DNA from: an uncultured Gemmataceae bacterium
Lineage (GTDB): Bacteria; Planctomycetota; Planctomycetia; Gemmatales; Gemmataceae
Direction: 5' to 3'
Length of the DNA stretch: 64,000 nt
NCBI GenBank assembly: GCA_963750165.1
Contig: CAVVPN010000012.1
Coordinates: forward strand, 32,001-96,000
Shown: positions 10,988 through 19,956 of the stretch, in pieces
Numbering within the stretch: the first letter of the stretch is position 1
Layout: each line of letters starts with the position of its first letter
Notes under the pieces: generated by a model
The model's input: only the letters and a program-made list of their open reading frames with translations
The model's database searches: none
Told to the model about the DNA's origin: nothing
Position numbers and translations under genes: made by a program

Positions 10988-12049
10988 TTACCCCTTGGAC
11001 TTGGCGGCGCGCTCCGGCCGCAGCGACCGCACCACCGCGCCGGCCTGCCACATCTCGCTGGCGGCGATTTCCTTGAGTTCCTTCTCCAGCTGCTCGCGGT
11101 AGTCCTTGCGGCTGTTGGCCTCCAGCACGCGCCGCGTTTCGTTGCCGACCTCGACCTCGTGGTACAGCTGCTCGAAGACCGGCCGGGCGGCGTCGCGGAA
11201 CTTCTGGAACCAGTCCAGGGCGCCGCGCTGCGCCGTCGCGGAGCAGTTGGCGTACATCCAGTCCATGCCGTTCTCGGCGATCAGCGGATACAGACTCTGC
11301 GTCGCTTCCTCAACCGTCTCGTTGAACGCCTCCGACGGCGAATGGCCGTGCTCACGCAGCACCTCGTACTGCGCCAGCCAGAGCCCGTAAATGGCGCCCA
11401 TGAGCACGCCACGTTCGCCGGTCAGGTCGGAAAACACTTCCTTCTGAAAGGTCGTCTCGAACAGGTAGCCCGAACCGATGGCGATGCCGAGCGCCAGAGC
11501 GCGTTCGAGGGCGCGGCCGGTGGCGTTCTGGTGGACGGCGTAACTGGCGTTGATGCCCTTGCCCTCCAGGAACAGCCGTCGCACCGTCGTGCCGGAGCCC
11601 TTCGGCGCCACCAGGATCACGTCGATGTCCTTCGGCGGCACCACGCCGGTCTGGTCGCTGTAGACGATGCTGAAGCCGTGTGAAAAGTACAGCGCCTTGC
11701 CGGCGGTCAGGTGCGGCTTGAGCGTCGGCCATTGCTGCTTCTGGCCGGCGTCGGACAGCAGGTACTGCACGACGGTGCCGCGCTGCGCCGCCTCTTCGAG
11801 CGGAAACAGCGTCTGACCGGGCACCCAGCCGTCCTGCTGGGCCAGGTCCCAACCGCGGCCCTGGTCGCGCAGACCGATGATGACGCGGACACCGTTGTCC
11901 TTCATGTTGAGCGACTGACCGCGGCCCTGCACGCCGTAGCCGAGCACCGCGACGGTTTCCTTGCCGAGGACCGCCTGCAACTTCTCCGGTGGATAGTCCG
12001 CCCGCTCCACGACCGTTTCCTGGTGCTGCCCGATCTGAATCTGACGCAT
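10988..12049 (-). CDS. ilvC: Ketol-acid reductoisomerase (Bacteroidetes/fungal Ilv5-like type)
   Basis: VLGYGVQGRGQ, FSHGF, VAPKGSG, SDLTGERGVLMG, GHSPSEAFNETVEE, GMDWMY. Confidence 0.96.
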   Translation of the reverse strand: MRQIQIGQHQETVVERADYPPEKLQAVLGKETVAVLGYGVQGRGQSLNMKDNGVRVIIGLRDQGRGWDLAQQDGWVPGQTLFPLEEAAQRGTVVQYLLSDAGQKQQWPTLKPHLTAGKALYFSHGFSIVYSDQTGVVPPKDIDVILVAPKGSGTTVRRLFLEGKGINASYAVHQNATGRALERALALGIAIGSGYLFETTFQKEVFSDLTGERGVLMGAIYGLWLAQYEVLREHGHSPSEAFNETVEEATQSLYPLIAENGMDWMYANCSATAQRGALDWFQKFRDAARPVFEQLYHEVEVGNETRRVLEANSRKDYREQLEKELKEIAASEMWQAGAVVRSLRPERAAKSKG

Positions 12050-12089
12050 GAGTGGCTCGTTCCTTGGTGCTTCGCTTCGGGTGTTTCTG

Positions 12090-12153
12090 CGTGGGGCAGA
12101 CATTCCTGGCTGCCATCTTTGAAAGGTCGGCAGACAGGAATGTCTGCCCCACG
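12090..12153. repeat. REP-like palindrome (GTGGGGCAGACATTCCTG family)
   Basis: cgtggggcagacattcctg ... caggaatgtctgccccacg. Confidence 0.85.
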
Positions 12154-12183
12154 ACCAATCCAAACCAGCATTCTATCAGCCGA

Positions 12184-12968
12184 TCACGCGCTTGCCCACG
12201 GCACCGGCTGTTTGGCGAAGAACGCCCGCAGCCCCTGCTGACACTCCTCCGTCAACCGCGGCTCGGCGCTGGCGTGGGCCGCCGCCTCGATGGACGCCGC
12301 CTGCTTCGAGAACTGCGTCAGCAACTCTTTCGTTTTGGCGAGCGCCTGCGGCCCCCCCTGGGCCAGCGCCGCGCCCACACGTCCGCCCGGTTGAGCAGGT
12401 CCGCGGCGGACGACACATCGTTAATCAGGCCCGCGCGCATCGCCTCCACAGCATCGATCAGTTCGCCGGTCAGCAGCAGGAAGCGGGCCATGCGTTCGCC
12501 GACGTGGCGCAGCAGGTGCGGCAGCACCATCGCGGCGACCAGGCCGCGGCGCACCTCGGGGTAGCCGAACCTCGCCTCCGGCACCGCGACGGCCAGGTCG
12601 CACACCGTCACCAGGCCGGCGCCGCCCGCAACCGCGGCGCCGTTGACCGCGGCGATGGTCGGCTTCGGCAACGTGTAAATCAGGTCGTAGAGCTTCGCCA
12701 GCCGCAGGGCGTCGTCCCAGACGGGGGTGTCCTCCCGAGGGTGCTGCACCGTCTCGGCCAGCTCGGCGAGGTCCATGCCGGCACAGAACACGGAACCGGC
12801 GCCGGTGAGGATAACACAGCGGGCGCGCTCGTCATCGCGGGCGCGCTCGAACGCCTCGGACAGCGCCGCGATGAGCCAGCGGCTCAGGGCATTGCGCTTG
12901 TCAGGGCGGTTGAGCGTGATGACCACGGCGGGCGGCCGCGGCTGATAGGTCACGATTGGGTCAGCCAT
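12184..12968 (-). CDS. Enoyl-CoA hydratase/crotonase, methylglutaconyl-CoA hydratase-like (frameshift ~12370)
   Basis: LNRPDKRNAL, FCAGMDL, AAVNGAAVAGGAGL, FGYPEVRRGL; C-terminus ECQQGLRAFFAK in the adjacent frame. Confidence 0.9.
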
Positions 12969-13335
12969 GCGAGCGGTCTCCGGCGGGGCGAAGCATGTCG
13001 GCGAGATGGTCGGGCGACGGCACCTGCATGCCCAGCAGGGCGAGGGCGAAGGTCTTGCCCTGATTGTCGCTGCGCAGCGACCGGCTGGCGCCGCCGGCCA
13101 GCACGTCGTAGAGCATGAAGTTGAACGCCAGCAGGTTGGCGGCCTCGAAGCGCTCGACGCGGCTGGGCCCCAGCGGTGCGAAGTGGTGCCGCACCACGTC
13201 GGCGGTCAGGTGTTCGCGCAACCAGGCGAAACCGGCGGCCGTGTAGGCGATGACGGCGACATTGGCGTGGTTGCCCTTGTCGCCGCTGCGGCCGTGAGCG
13301 ATGCGGCTCAGGGGGATGGTGTCGGCGGGCTGCAC
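12961..13335 (-). CDS. AtuA-related small protein (acyclic terpene utilisation C-terminal-like domain)
   Basis: HGRSGDKGNHAN, VERFE, LAGGASRSLRSDNQGK motifs; overlaps the crotonase start. Confidence 0.8.
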   Translation of the reverse strand: MQPADTIPLSRIAHGRSGDKGNHANVAVIAYTAAGFAWLREHLTADVVRHHFAPLGPSRVERFEAANLLAFNFMLYDVLAGGASRSLRSDNQGKTFALALLGMQVPSPDHLADMLRPAGDRSHG

Positions 13336-13359
13336 GGTCGGCCTCCAGGCGGGCGGACG

Positions 13360-13426
13360 GGTGAGCGGCGCGGCGTCAGCCCGCCGTGTTGGGGCTGCAC
13401 GGCGGGCTGACGCCGCGCTGCTCGCC
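13360..13426. repeat. REP-like palindrome (GAGCGGCGCGGCGTCAGCCCGCCG family)
   Basis: Near-identical copy at 17459-17525. Confidence 0.85.
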
Positions 13427-13525
13427 ACGCGGGCATTGGGTAATGTACGCCAGGTTGCACCGCGCCGCCAACCCGGGTAGAGTAAAACCCTCGATTCCAC
13501 ACCCGTCCCACGCGGAGGCTCAGCC

Positions 13526-14212
13526 ATGATGCTCCGGGGCCGTCAGCTGCTGTTCGGTCTGGTCGTGCTGTCGGCAGCCCCCGCCGCGGCGCAACCTCCG
13601 GATCTGCCGCCGGGAGCGCTGGTCCGCTACGGCGACGTGCGCGGCCGTCACGGCTTCGCCATCGGCGCCTCGGCCCTGGCGCCGGACGGCAAACGGCTGG
13701 CCACGGTTTCCAGCGGTGGCGTCGCCGTCTGGGAGCTGGCCACCGGCCGGCGCCTGGCTTACTTCCCGCTGCCGTTCACGTATTTCAGGACCAGAGTGGA
13801 CATGGCCTTCTCGCCGGACAATCGCTACCTGGGCCTGGTGGAGGCCGGCGGCCTGACCCGGGTCTGGGATCTGCACACGACCGCAGTGGTGCTGGACCTG
13901 CGCCGGGACCGCAACGACTACGCCGACCACGCCCGGTTCACCGCGGACGGCAAGGCGTTCGTCTACTGGCGGAACGCCAAAATCTACTCCAGGGACAAGA
14001 AAAATCCCTTGACGCCCCCATTGCCGAGTCCTGTCCGCTCCTGGGACCACACCCGGGGCCAGTTCATTCGCGCCACCCAGGTTCCGGGCCGCATCCTCGC
14101 GCTGGCCCCGGACGGTCGCACCTACCTCGGCGTGAAGCTGGAGAACTTTCTCCTCGGGTGGGGGACCAAACGCGACTTGACCATTCGCGGAATTGTCGAG
14201 GTGACTTCATGA
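13526..14212 (+). CDS. Secreted WD40-repeat protein, apparently C-terminally truncated
   Basis: Signal peptide, LPPGALVRYG, APDGKRLAT, FSPDNRYL, FTADGK repeats. Confidence 0.75.
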   Translation: MMLRGRQLLFGLVVLSAAPAAAQPPDLPPGALVRYGDVRGRHGFAIGASALAPDGKRLATVSSGGVAVWELATGRRLAYFPLPFTYFRTRVDMAFSPDNRYLGLVEAGGLTRVWDLHTTAVVLDLRRDRNDYADHARFTADGKAFVYWRNAKIYSRDKKNPLTPPLPSPVRSWDHTRGQFIRATQVPGRILALAPDGRTYLGVKLENFLLGWGTKRDLTIRGIVEVTS

Positions 14213-14436
14213 TCGAGAAGAAAGGGTCTCGGATATTACCGGGTGGTCGAACAGGGGCAGGGAAAGGGGACGCAACTGCGTCCCCTTTCCCTTTCCCGTA
14301 ATCTCGCGCAGGGTCGCCGATTTTCCTTGCCCCCGCAAGGTGGCACTGGTCGAATGACCGGGGTGCATCCGCGGACCAGCTCGCCGCGAACTCCCTTTCC
14401 CAACCCGTCAAACCCGAGAAGCAAAGCGAGGATCCC

Positions 14437-15771
14437 ATGCTGAGCCGTGCCCTGAGACGTGGCGTTTCCGGTTCCTGGATCGCCGCGGTCGTCCTGTTGT
14501 GCCTTGTTGCGGCGCCGGCCGCCTGGGCAGCAGCCAATCGTGCCGCCCGGTGCGAAGCTGGAAAAGGTCTTCGACCTCGGCGTGGTGCTGACCGAGGGCG
14601 TTGCCGTGGCGCCGGACGGCATGGTGTATTTACAGTGACATCACCTTCTCCCACGTCGCCCGGGACAGGAAGGGCGTGATCGAGGCGGGCCACATCTGGA
14701 AGTACGACCCGCGGACGGGCAAGACGGTCATCTTCCGCTCGCCCAGCGGCATGTCCAACGGCATCAAGTTCGACGCCGCGGGCAAGATGATCGTGGCGGA
14801 GGGGGCGGACTTCGGCGGCCGCCGCGTGCAGGGGCACCGACATGAAGACGGGCAAGAGCTATATCGATCGCCGGCCTGAGTTCGAGGGCCGGCCGTTCGA
14901 CTCGCCACCGGCAAGCGTACCTGGGAGGCGGAGGCGGAGAGCTATTTCCCACACCTGCCGGCCGCGTTCACCCCCGACGGGCAGCAGCTGGCAGTCTATA
15001 GCTCGATAAAGGGCCCTCAATGACCTCACCATCGACGAGCGGGGCCGCATCTAACTTCAAGCGACCCGCGCTACCTGGGCCGCGAACCGATCGAGCAGCC
15101 GGTCCAGGCCGTCTAACCGCATCGACCCTGACGGCTCGATCCACCGGATCATCACCGACGCCGGCAGGCCCAACGGCGTGCTGTGTCGGATCGCCCGACC
15201 AGAAGACGCTCGTACGTGGTGAGCAACGACAACGGCACGACCGCCATCGGCCGTATGCCGAAGGACGCACGCCTGCACAAGGGCCGCATCGGCTCTGCTG
15301 GCCTACGATCTGGCGGCAGACGGCACGGCCCGGTTCCGCAAGACGCTCGTGGACTCGCTGCGGCCGCCGCCCAGGACCCCGCCGGCCCCGACGGCCTGGA
15401 ACCTGTGACGTCGAGGGCAACCTATACGTGCCGTCCGCGAGAGACCAAAGGCGGCGCGGCATCCTGGAAGCGTCTACTCGCCTGTCCCTGTGCTGACGCC
15501 AAAGCAGTTGGCCCAGCTGATCGCGGACCTGGACAGCCCGGCGTTCAAGGTGCGCGACGCGGCCATGAAGCGCCTGACGAGCGTGGGCGTGCAGGCGAAG
15601 CCGGCCCTGGAGGGCTGGAAGGAACTGGCTTACCTGCAAAACGGAGATTCCAACGAACGTGGGGTTCGCCCGGGGGGACGAGGCCAACGATGCTGTACAT
15701 CACCGGCGGGCAAGAGTCTGTACCGCATCCGGCTGAACAGTAAAGGCTCCCACCTGCCGCCGAAGAAGTAG
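14437..15771 (+). pseudogene. SMP-30/gluconolactonase family gene, heavily frameshifted and interleaved with WD40-gene fragments
   Basis: Pieces LTEGVAVAPDG, SDITF, SGMSNGIKFD, LNDLTID, SDPRY, PNGV, PDG and KSLYRIRL spread over three frames. Confidence 0.75.
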
Positions 15772-15937
15772 CGGCCGACCTCCAGCAACCGGAAGAACGC
15801 CTCCACCAGCGGCGCCAAAGTCACCGATTTTTCCTCACACCCTGTCACAGTCGGCGGTCAGCCCCGTATCAGAGGGCGAACGGTGTGATCGCCGGCGACG
15901 GTCGTGCGGCGGTTCCCCGAGAGCGAGGAGTTCTCCC

Positions 15938-16807
15938 ATGAAGCGTTCCCTGTTCCTCAAGGCTGCTCTGGTGATCGTGGTGCTGGCCGGTGTCGTCCCG
16001 ATGGTCCGGGCGCAATCCGCGCCTGCCCAGGCCCCTGCCGGGTCCGGCAACGGCAAGGCGATGGTCAACAACAACGTGATGACGGCGAATCGCCTGGCCG
16101 ACCTGCTCCGGCTGGACGGGCACAAGGCCGAGATCAAGACCTTCAAGAATGGCGGCCAGACGGTCGTCGGCACCATCCTCCGCGACAACTGGCGGTTTGT
16201 CTTGGAGTTCGAGTTCAACAGCAAGGGCAATAACATGAACGTCATTTGCCCGCTGGGCAACCCCACCGCCAGGTTCTCGGCGGACCAGCTACTGGCCCTG
16301 ATGAAGAAGAGCTACGAACTGCCCACGCCGGTGCATTTCGCTTACCGGGCTGGCGACCAGCGGCTGTGCCTGGAGGACCCCAACTACGCCACCTTCAACA
16401 TGACAGCCGCGGGCCTACGCAGCATCCTGGACCGCGTGATGAAGACGGCGCGCGACACCTACCCGCTGTGGGACACCAACCGCTGGCCAGTAAACGGCCC
16501 GGCGCCGGCCGCCCAGGCTCCGGTGGCCGCTCCGGCCGTCAACCCGGGTCTGGTCAACACCACCTGGGTCGGCAGCGAGAACCTGGGCGGCTACGGCCGG
16601 CTGGAGTTCCGCTTCCAGGCCAACGGCCAGGTCACCATGATTGACAGCGACGGCACCCAGCAGGGCACCTGCACCGTGGCCGGCAACACCGTGACGCTGC
16701 GGTTCTACCAGGGCACGGTGGTCTACACCGGCACGCTCACCGGCCAGGGGCTGGCCGGCACCGCCACGAACGGCAAGAGCACCTGGAAGTTCGCCGTCAG
16801 CCGCTGA
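15938..16807 (+). CDS. Secreted hypothetical protein
   Basis: GAGGAG SD, signal peptide, two domains joined by a Pro/Ala linker, typical codon bias. Confidence 0.8.
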   Translation: MKRSLFLKAALVIVVLAGVVPMVRAQSAPAQAPAGSGNGKAMVNNNVMTANRLADLLRLDGHKAEIKTFKNGGQTVVGTILRDNWRFVLEFEFNSKGNNMNVICPLGNPTARFSADQLLALMKKSYELPTPVHFAYRAGDQRLCLEDPNYATFNMTAAGLRSILDRVMKTARDTYPLWDTNRWPVNGPAPAAQAPVAAPAVNPGLVNTTWVGSENLGGYGRLEFRFQANGQVTMIDSDGTQQGTCTVAGNTVTLRFYQGTVVYTGTLTGQGLAGTATNGKSTWKFAVSR

Positions 16808-16815
16808 GCGCGAAT

Positions 16816-16899
16816 ACGGCGACAAAAACGGGAAGCACAAAATCATGAAGACAAATACAAATGTCTTCATGATTTTGTGCTTCCCGTTTTTGTCGCCGT
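16816..16899. terminator. Long near-perfect hairpin between convergent genes
   Basis: acggcgacaaaaacgggaagcacaaaatcatgaagaca / tgtcttcatgattttgtgcttcccgtttttgtcgccgt. Confidence 0.75.
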
Positions 16900-16908
16900 T
16901 CTCCCCCG

Positions 16909-17343
16909 TCACTTTTTCTGCTTCACCTCCTGCCCGGTGTTCACGTCGAATTCGCGCCGGCTGTTGCCGGCCTCGCGCACAATGAGGGTGCGGCCGTCCG
17001 GCGCGAAACGCAGGTTGACCACACCGGCGTTCAGCCCGATCCGCAGGAGTTGTCTGCCGCTCGCCCCGTCCCACAGGGCGAGGGTGCGATCCGCGCTGCC
17101 GGAGGCCAGGAGCTTGCCGTCCGGGCTGTAGGCGAGCACGGTCACCCTGTCCTTGTGGCCCTGCATTTTCATCAGCAACTTGCCGGTGCCCAGGTCGGCC
17201 ACGGTGATGATCGCGTTGTCGGCCTTCGCCAGGCGTTTTTGATCGGGACTGGTTGCGGTGACCTGCTTCTGGTCCTGTGCGGTTCCCGTCGCCAGGGTCA
17301 GCAGCAGGGTGCTAACGCTCAGCAGGGGGATGCTTCTCGGCAT
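16909..17343 (-). CDS. Short secreted WD40-repeat protein
   Basis: Signal peptide; GHKDRVTVLAYSPDGKLLASGSADRTLALWD. Confidence 0.85.
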   Translation of the reverse strand: MPRSIPLLSVSTLLLTLATGTAQDQKQVTATSPDQKRLAKADNAIITVADLGTGKLLMKMQGHKDRVTVLAYSPDGKLLASGSADRTLALWDGASGRQLLRIGLNAGVVNLRFAPDGRTLIVREAGNSRREFDVNTGQEVKQKK

Positions 17344-17458
17344 GGTGCCTCCGTGGTTCGGGGCGAACGTGAGAAACCGTTACCAACACGACGGCCGAGC
17401 GGACGGGACCGTTTGCCCGCGGCCCGAAACTCCGATACTGATACCAGCGTAATGCCCC

Positions 17459-17525
17459 GGCGAGCGGCGCGGCGTCAGCCCGCCGGTGCCGGCGCTACCG
17501 GCGGGCTGACGCCGCGCCGCTCGCC
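17459..17525. repeat. REP-like palindrome
   Basis: Same family as 13360-13426. Confidence 0.85.
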
Positions 17526-17554
17526 CGGAGAATGACCGAGGGAAGCCAACGATC

Positions 17555-19429
17555 ATGGGTTATCGTAGTCTGCGCGAGTGCGTTGACGACCTGCACCGCA
17601 ACGGTATGCTGGTGCGCATCGACGAGGAAATCGATCCGCACCTGGAAGCGGCCGAGGTCCAGCGCCGCGTCTACCAGGCTCAGGGGCCGGCGGTGTTCTT
17701 CGCCCACGTCAAGGGCTGTCGCTTTCCGATGGTCAGCAACCTCTTCGGCACCCGTGAACGCACCCGTTTCCTCTTCCGCGACACCCTCGACACCGTGCGC
17801 CGCCTGGTGGAACTGAAGATTGATCCCGGGGCGTTCTGGAAGCGGCCCTGGCGCTATCGCAACGTGCCGGCCACGCTCTGGCACCTGCGGCCGAAGTTCG
17901 TCCGCTCCGCGCCGATCCTCAACCATCAGATTGTGCTGAGCCAGCTGCCGCAGGTCGTGTGCTGGCCGCGCGACGGCGGCCCGTTCATCACCCTGCCACA
18001 GGTCTACAGCGAAAACGTCGAGCGGCCCGGTTGGCGCGGCTCCAACCTGGGCATGTATCGCATTCAGCTGGCCGGCAACCAGTACAAGCCCGAACGCCAG
18101 GCGGGCCTGCACTACCAGATTCACCGCACCATCGGCGTCCACCACGCGGCGGCGCTGCGGCGCGGCGTCCCTTTCCGTGTCAGCGTCTTCGTTGGCGGCC
18201 CGCCGGCCATGACGCTCGCGGCGGTGATGCCGTTGCCGGAGACGCTGCCGGAACTCGCCTTCGCCGGGGCGCTCGGCGGCCGGCGCGTGCGGCTGGTGTC
18301 GGTGCCCACGGCCAGCCACGGTGAACAGCCCGCCATCATCGCCGCGGACGCCGACTTCTGCATCACCGGCACCGTCGATCCGGAGCCGCTGCCGGAAGGG
18401 CCGTTCGGCGATCACCTCGGCTATTACAGCTTGCAGCACCCATTCCCGGTGCTGAACGTCGAGCACGTCCTGCACCGACCCGGAGCGATCTGGCCGTTCA
18501 CCGTCGTCGGCCGGCCGCCGCAGGAGGATACCAGTTTCGGCCAGATCATCCACGATATCACCGGCCCGGTCATTCCAACGGTGGTCCACGGCGTCAAGGC
18601 GGTCCACGCGGTCGATGCCGCCGGCGTCCATCCGCTGCTGCTGGCCATCGGCAGCGAACGCTACGTCCCCTATGCGCAGGAGCGGCGGCCGCAGGAGTTG
18701 CTGACCTGTGCCAACGCCATCCTTGGTCAGGGGCAGTTGTCGCTTGCCAAGTATTTGCTGATCGTCGCCCAGGAGGACAACCCGGCGCTGGACATTCACG
18801 ACATCGCGGCGTTCTTCCGGCACCTGCTGGAGCGCGTGGACTGGCGGCGCGACTTGCACTTCCAGACCTGCACGACGATGGACACGCTGGACTACTCCGG
18901 CAGCGGCTTCAACGCGGGCTCCAAGCTGGTCATCGCCGCGGCGGGGCCGGTGCGCCGCCAGCTGCCGACGACGCTGCCGCCGGACCTGTCGCTGCCGAAG
19001 AGCTTCCGGGGGCCGCGCGTCTGTCTGCCGGGTGTGCTCGCGGTCCACAGTCCGCCGTACCAGGCGGCCGAGCCGAAGGCGGCGAACGGCCTGGAGGCCG
19101 AGGCGGCCGCGGCGCGCTTCTGCAAGGCACTGTCCCCCGGCGACGCGCTCAACCAGTTTCCGCTGATTGTGCTGGTCGATGACAGCGAGTTCACGGCGCG
19201 GTCGCTGAGCAATTTCCTGTGGGTGACGTTCACGCGCTCCGACCCGGCGGCGGACGTGCTCGGCGTCGGAGCCGGATTGCGGCAGAAGCATTTCGGTTGT
19301 GAGGGGGCGCTGGTGATCGATGCGCGGGTCAAGCCGCACCACGCGCCGGCGCTGGAACCGGACCCGGCTGTCAGCCGTCGTGTCGATGCCCTGGCGGCGC
19401 CGGGCGGGCCGCTGCATCGCATGATTTAG
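17555..19429 (+). CDS. UbiD-family prFMN-dependent decarboxylase
   Basis: DGGPFITLP, NLGMYR, PEGPFGDHLGYY, VGRPPQED, MDTLDYS. Confidence 0.93.
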   Translation: MGYRSLRECVDDLHRNGMLVRIDEEIDPHLEAAEVQRRVYQAQGPAVFFAHVKGCRFPMVSNLFGTRERTRFLFRDTLDTVRRLVELKIDPGAFWKRPWRYRNVPATLWHLRPKFVRSAPILNHQIVLSQLPQVVCWPRDGGPFITLPQVYSENVERPGWRGSNLGMYRIQLAGNQYKPERQAGLHYQIHRTIGVHHAAALRRGVPFRVSVFVGGPPAMTLAAVMPLPETLPELAFAGALGGRRVRLVSVPTASHGEQPAIIAADADFCITGTVDPEPLPEGPFGDHLGYYSLQHPFPVLNVEHVLHRPGAIWPFTVVGRPPQEDTSFGQIIHDITGPVIPTVVHGVKAVHAVDAAGVHPLLLAIGSERYVPYAQERRPQELLTCANAILGQGQLSLAKYLLIVAQEDNPALDIHDIAAFFRHLLERVDWRRDLHFQTCTTMDTLDYSGSGFNAGSKLVIAAAGPVRRQLPTTLPPDLSLPKSFRGPRVCLPGVLAVHSPPYQAAEPKAANGLEAEAAAARFCKALSPGDALNQFPLIVLVDDSEFTARSLSNFLWVTFTRSDPAADVLGVGAGLRQKHFGCEGALVIDARVKPHHAPALEPDPAVSRRVDALAAPGGPLHRMI

Positions 19430-19477
19430 CGCGGTTCGCAGTGGCGTGGACCACGAACGGCAGGTCGGCGCTGCCAG

Positions 19478-19651
19478 GCGCCGATTCTCGACGTAATGAA
19501 AACGTTGGCGTTCTTGGCGTTCTTGGCGTCCTTGCTGTGGCAACCGCCGCCGGTGGTGGTCGCGCCGTGCCAACCGCACGGGGCCAGGGCGCCAAATCTC
19601 GACGTGTGAAAAAGTTGGCCCCCTTGGCCTCCTTGGCCCCCTTGCTGCGAC
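19478..19651. repeat. Two copies of a dispersed ~65-bp non-palindromic repeat
   Basis: tctcgacgt..tgaaaa.gttggc(n)cttggc(n)cttggc(n)ccttgctg; third copy at 46577-46643. Confidence 0.8.
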
Positions 19652-19738
19652 AGCGCAGGCCGCTGGTGGTCAGCCCGTGCCCGCCGCCCACTCGTGTGCA
19701 AGGTCACCGCACCTGGAGCGGTTCGCGTTTGGGTAGCG

Positions 19739-19813
19739 CACAAGTCGTGGGATGGCTCTCCAGAGCCGTCAGCGTTCTCCCGACGGCTCTGGAGAGCCGT
19801 CCCACGACTTGTG
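19739..19813. repeat. REP-like palindrome
   Basis: cacaagtcgtgggatggctctccagagccgtc ... gacggctctggagagccgtcccacgacttgtg. Confidence 0.85.
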
Positions 19814-19956
19814 GTCCACGCGACTGGGAACCGCTCTGAACTGCCGTCGATCAGGTGCGAACCAATCCATGTCAACCTTCCTTCCGATAGAACCGATAAA
19901 AACGATAAGTGTAGAATCGCCGAAAAGGATGGCTCCCGGCGTGAGGGAGAACAATC

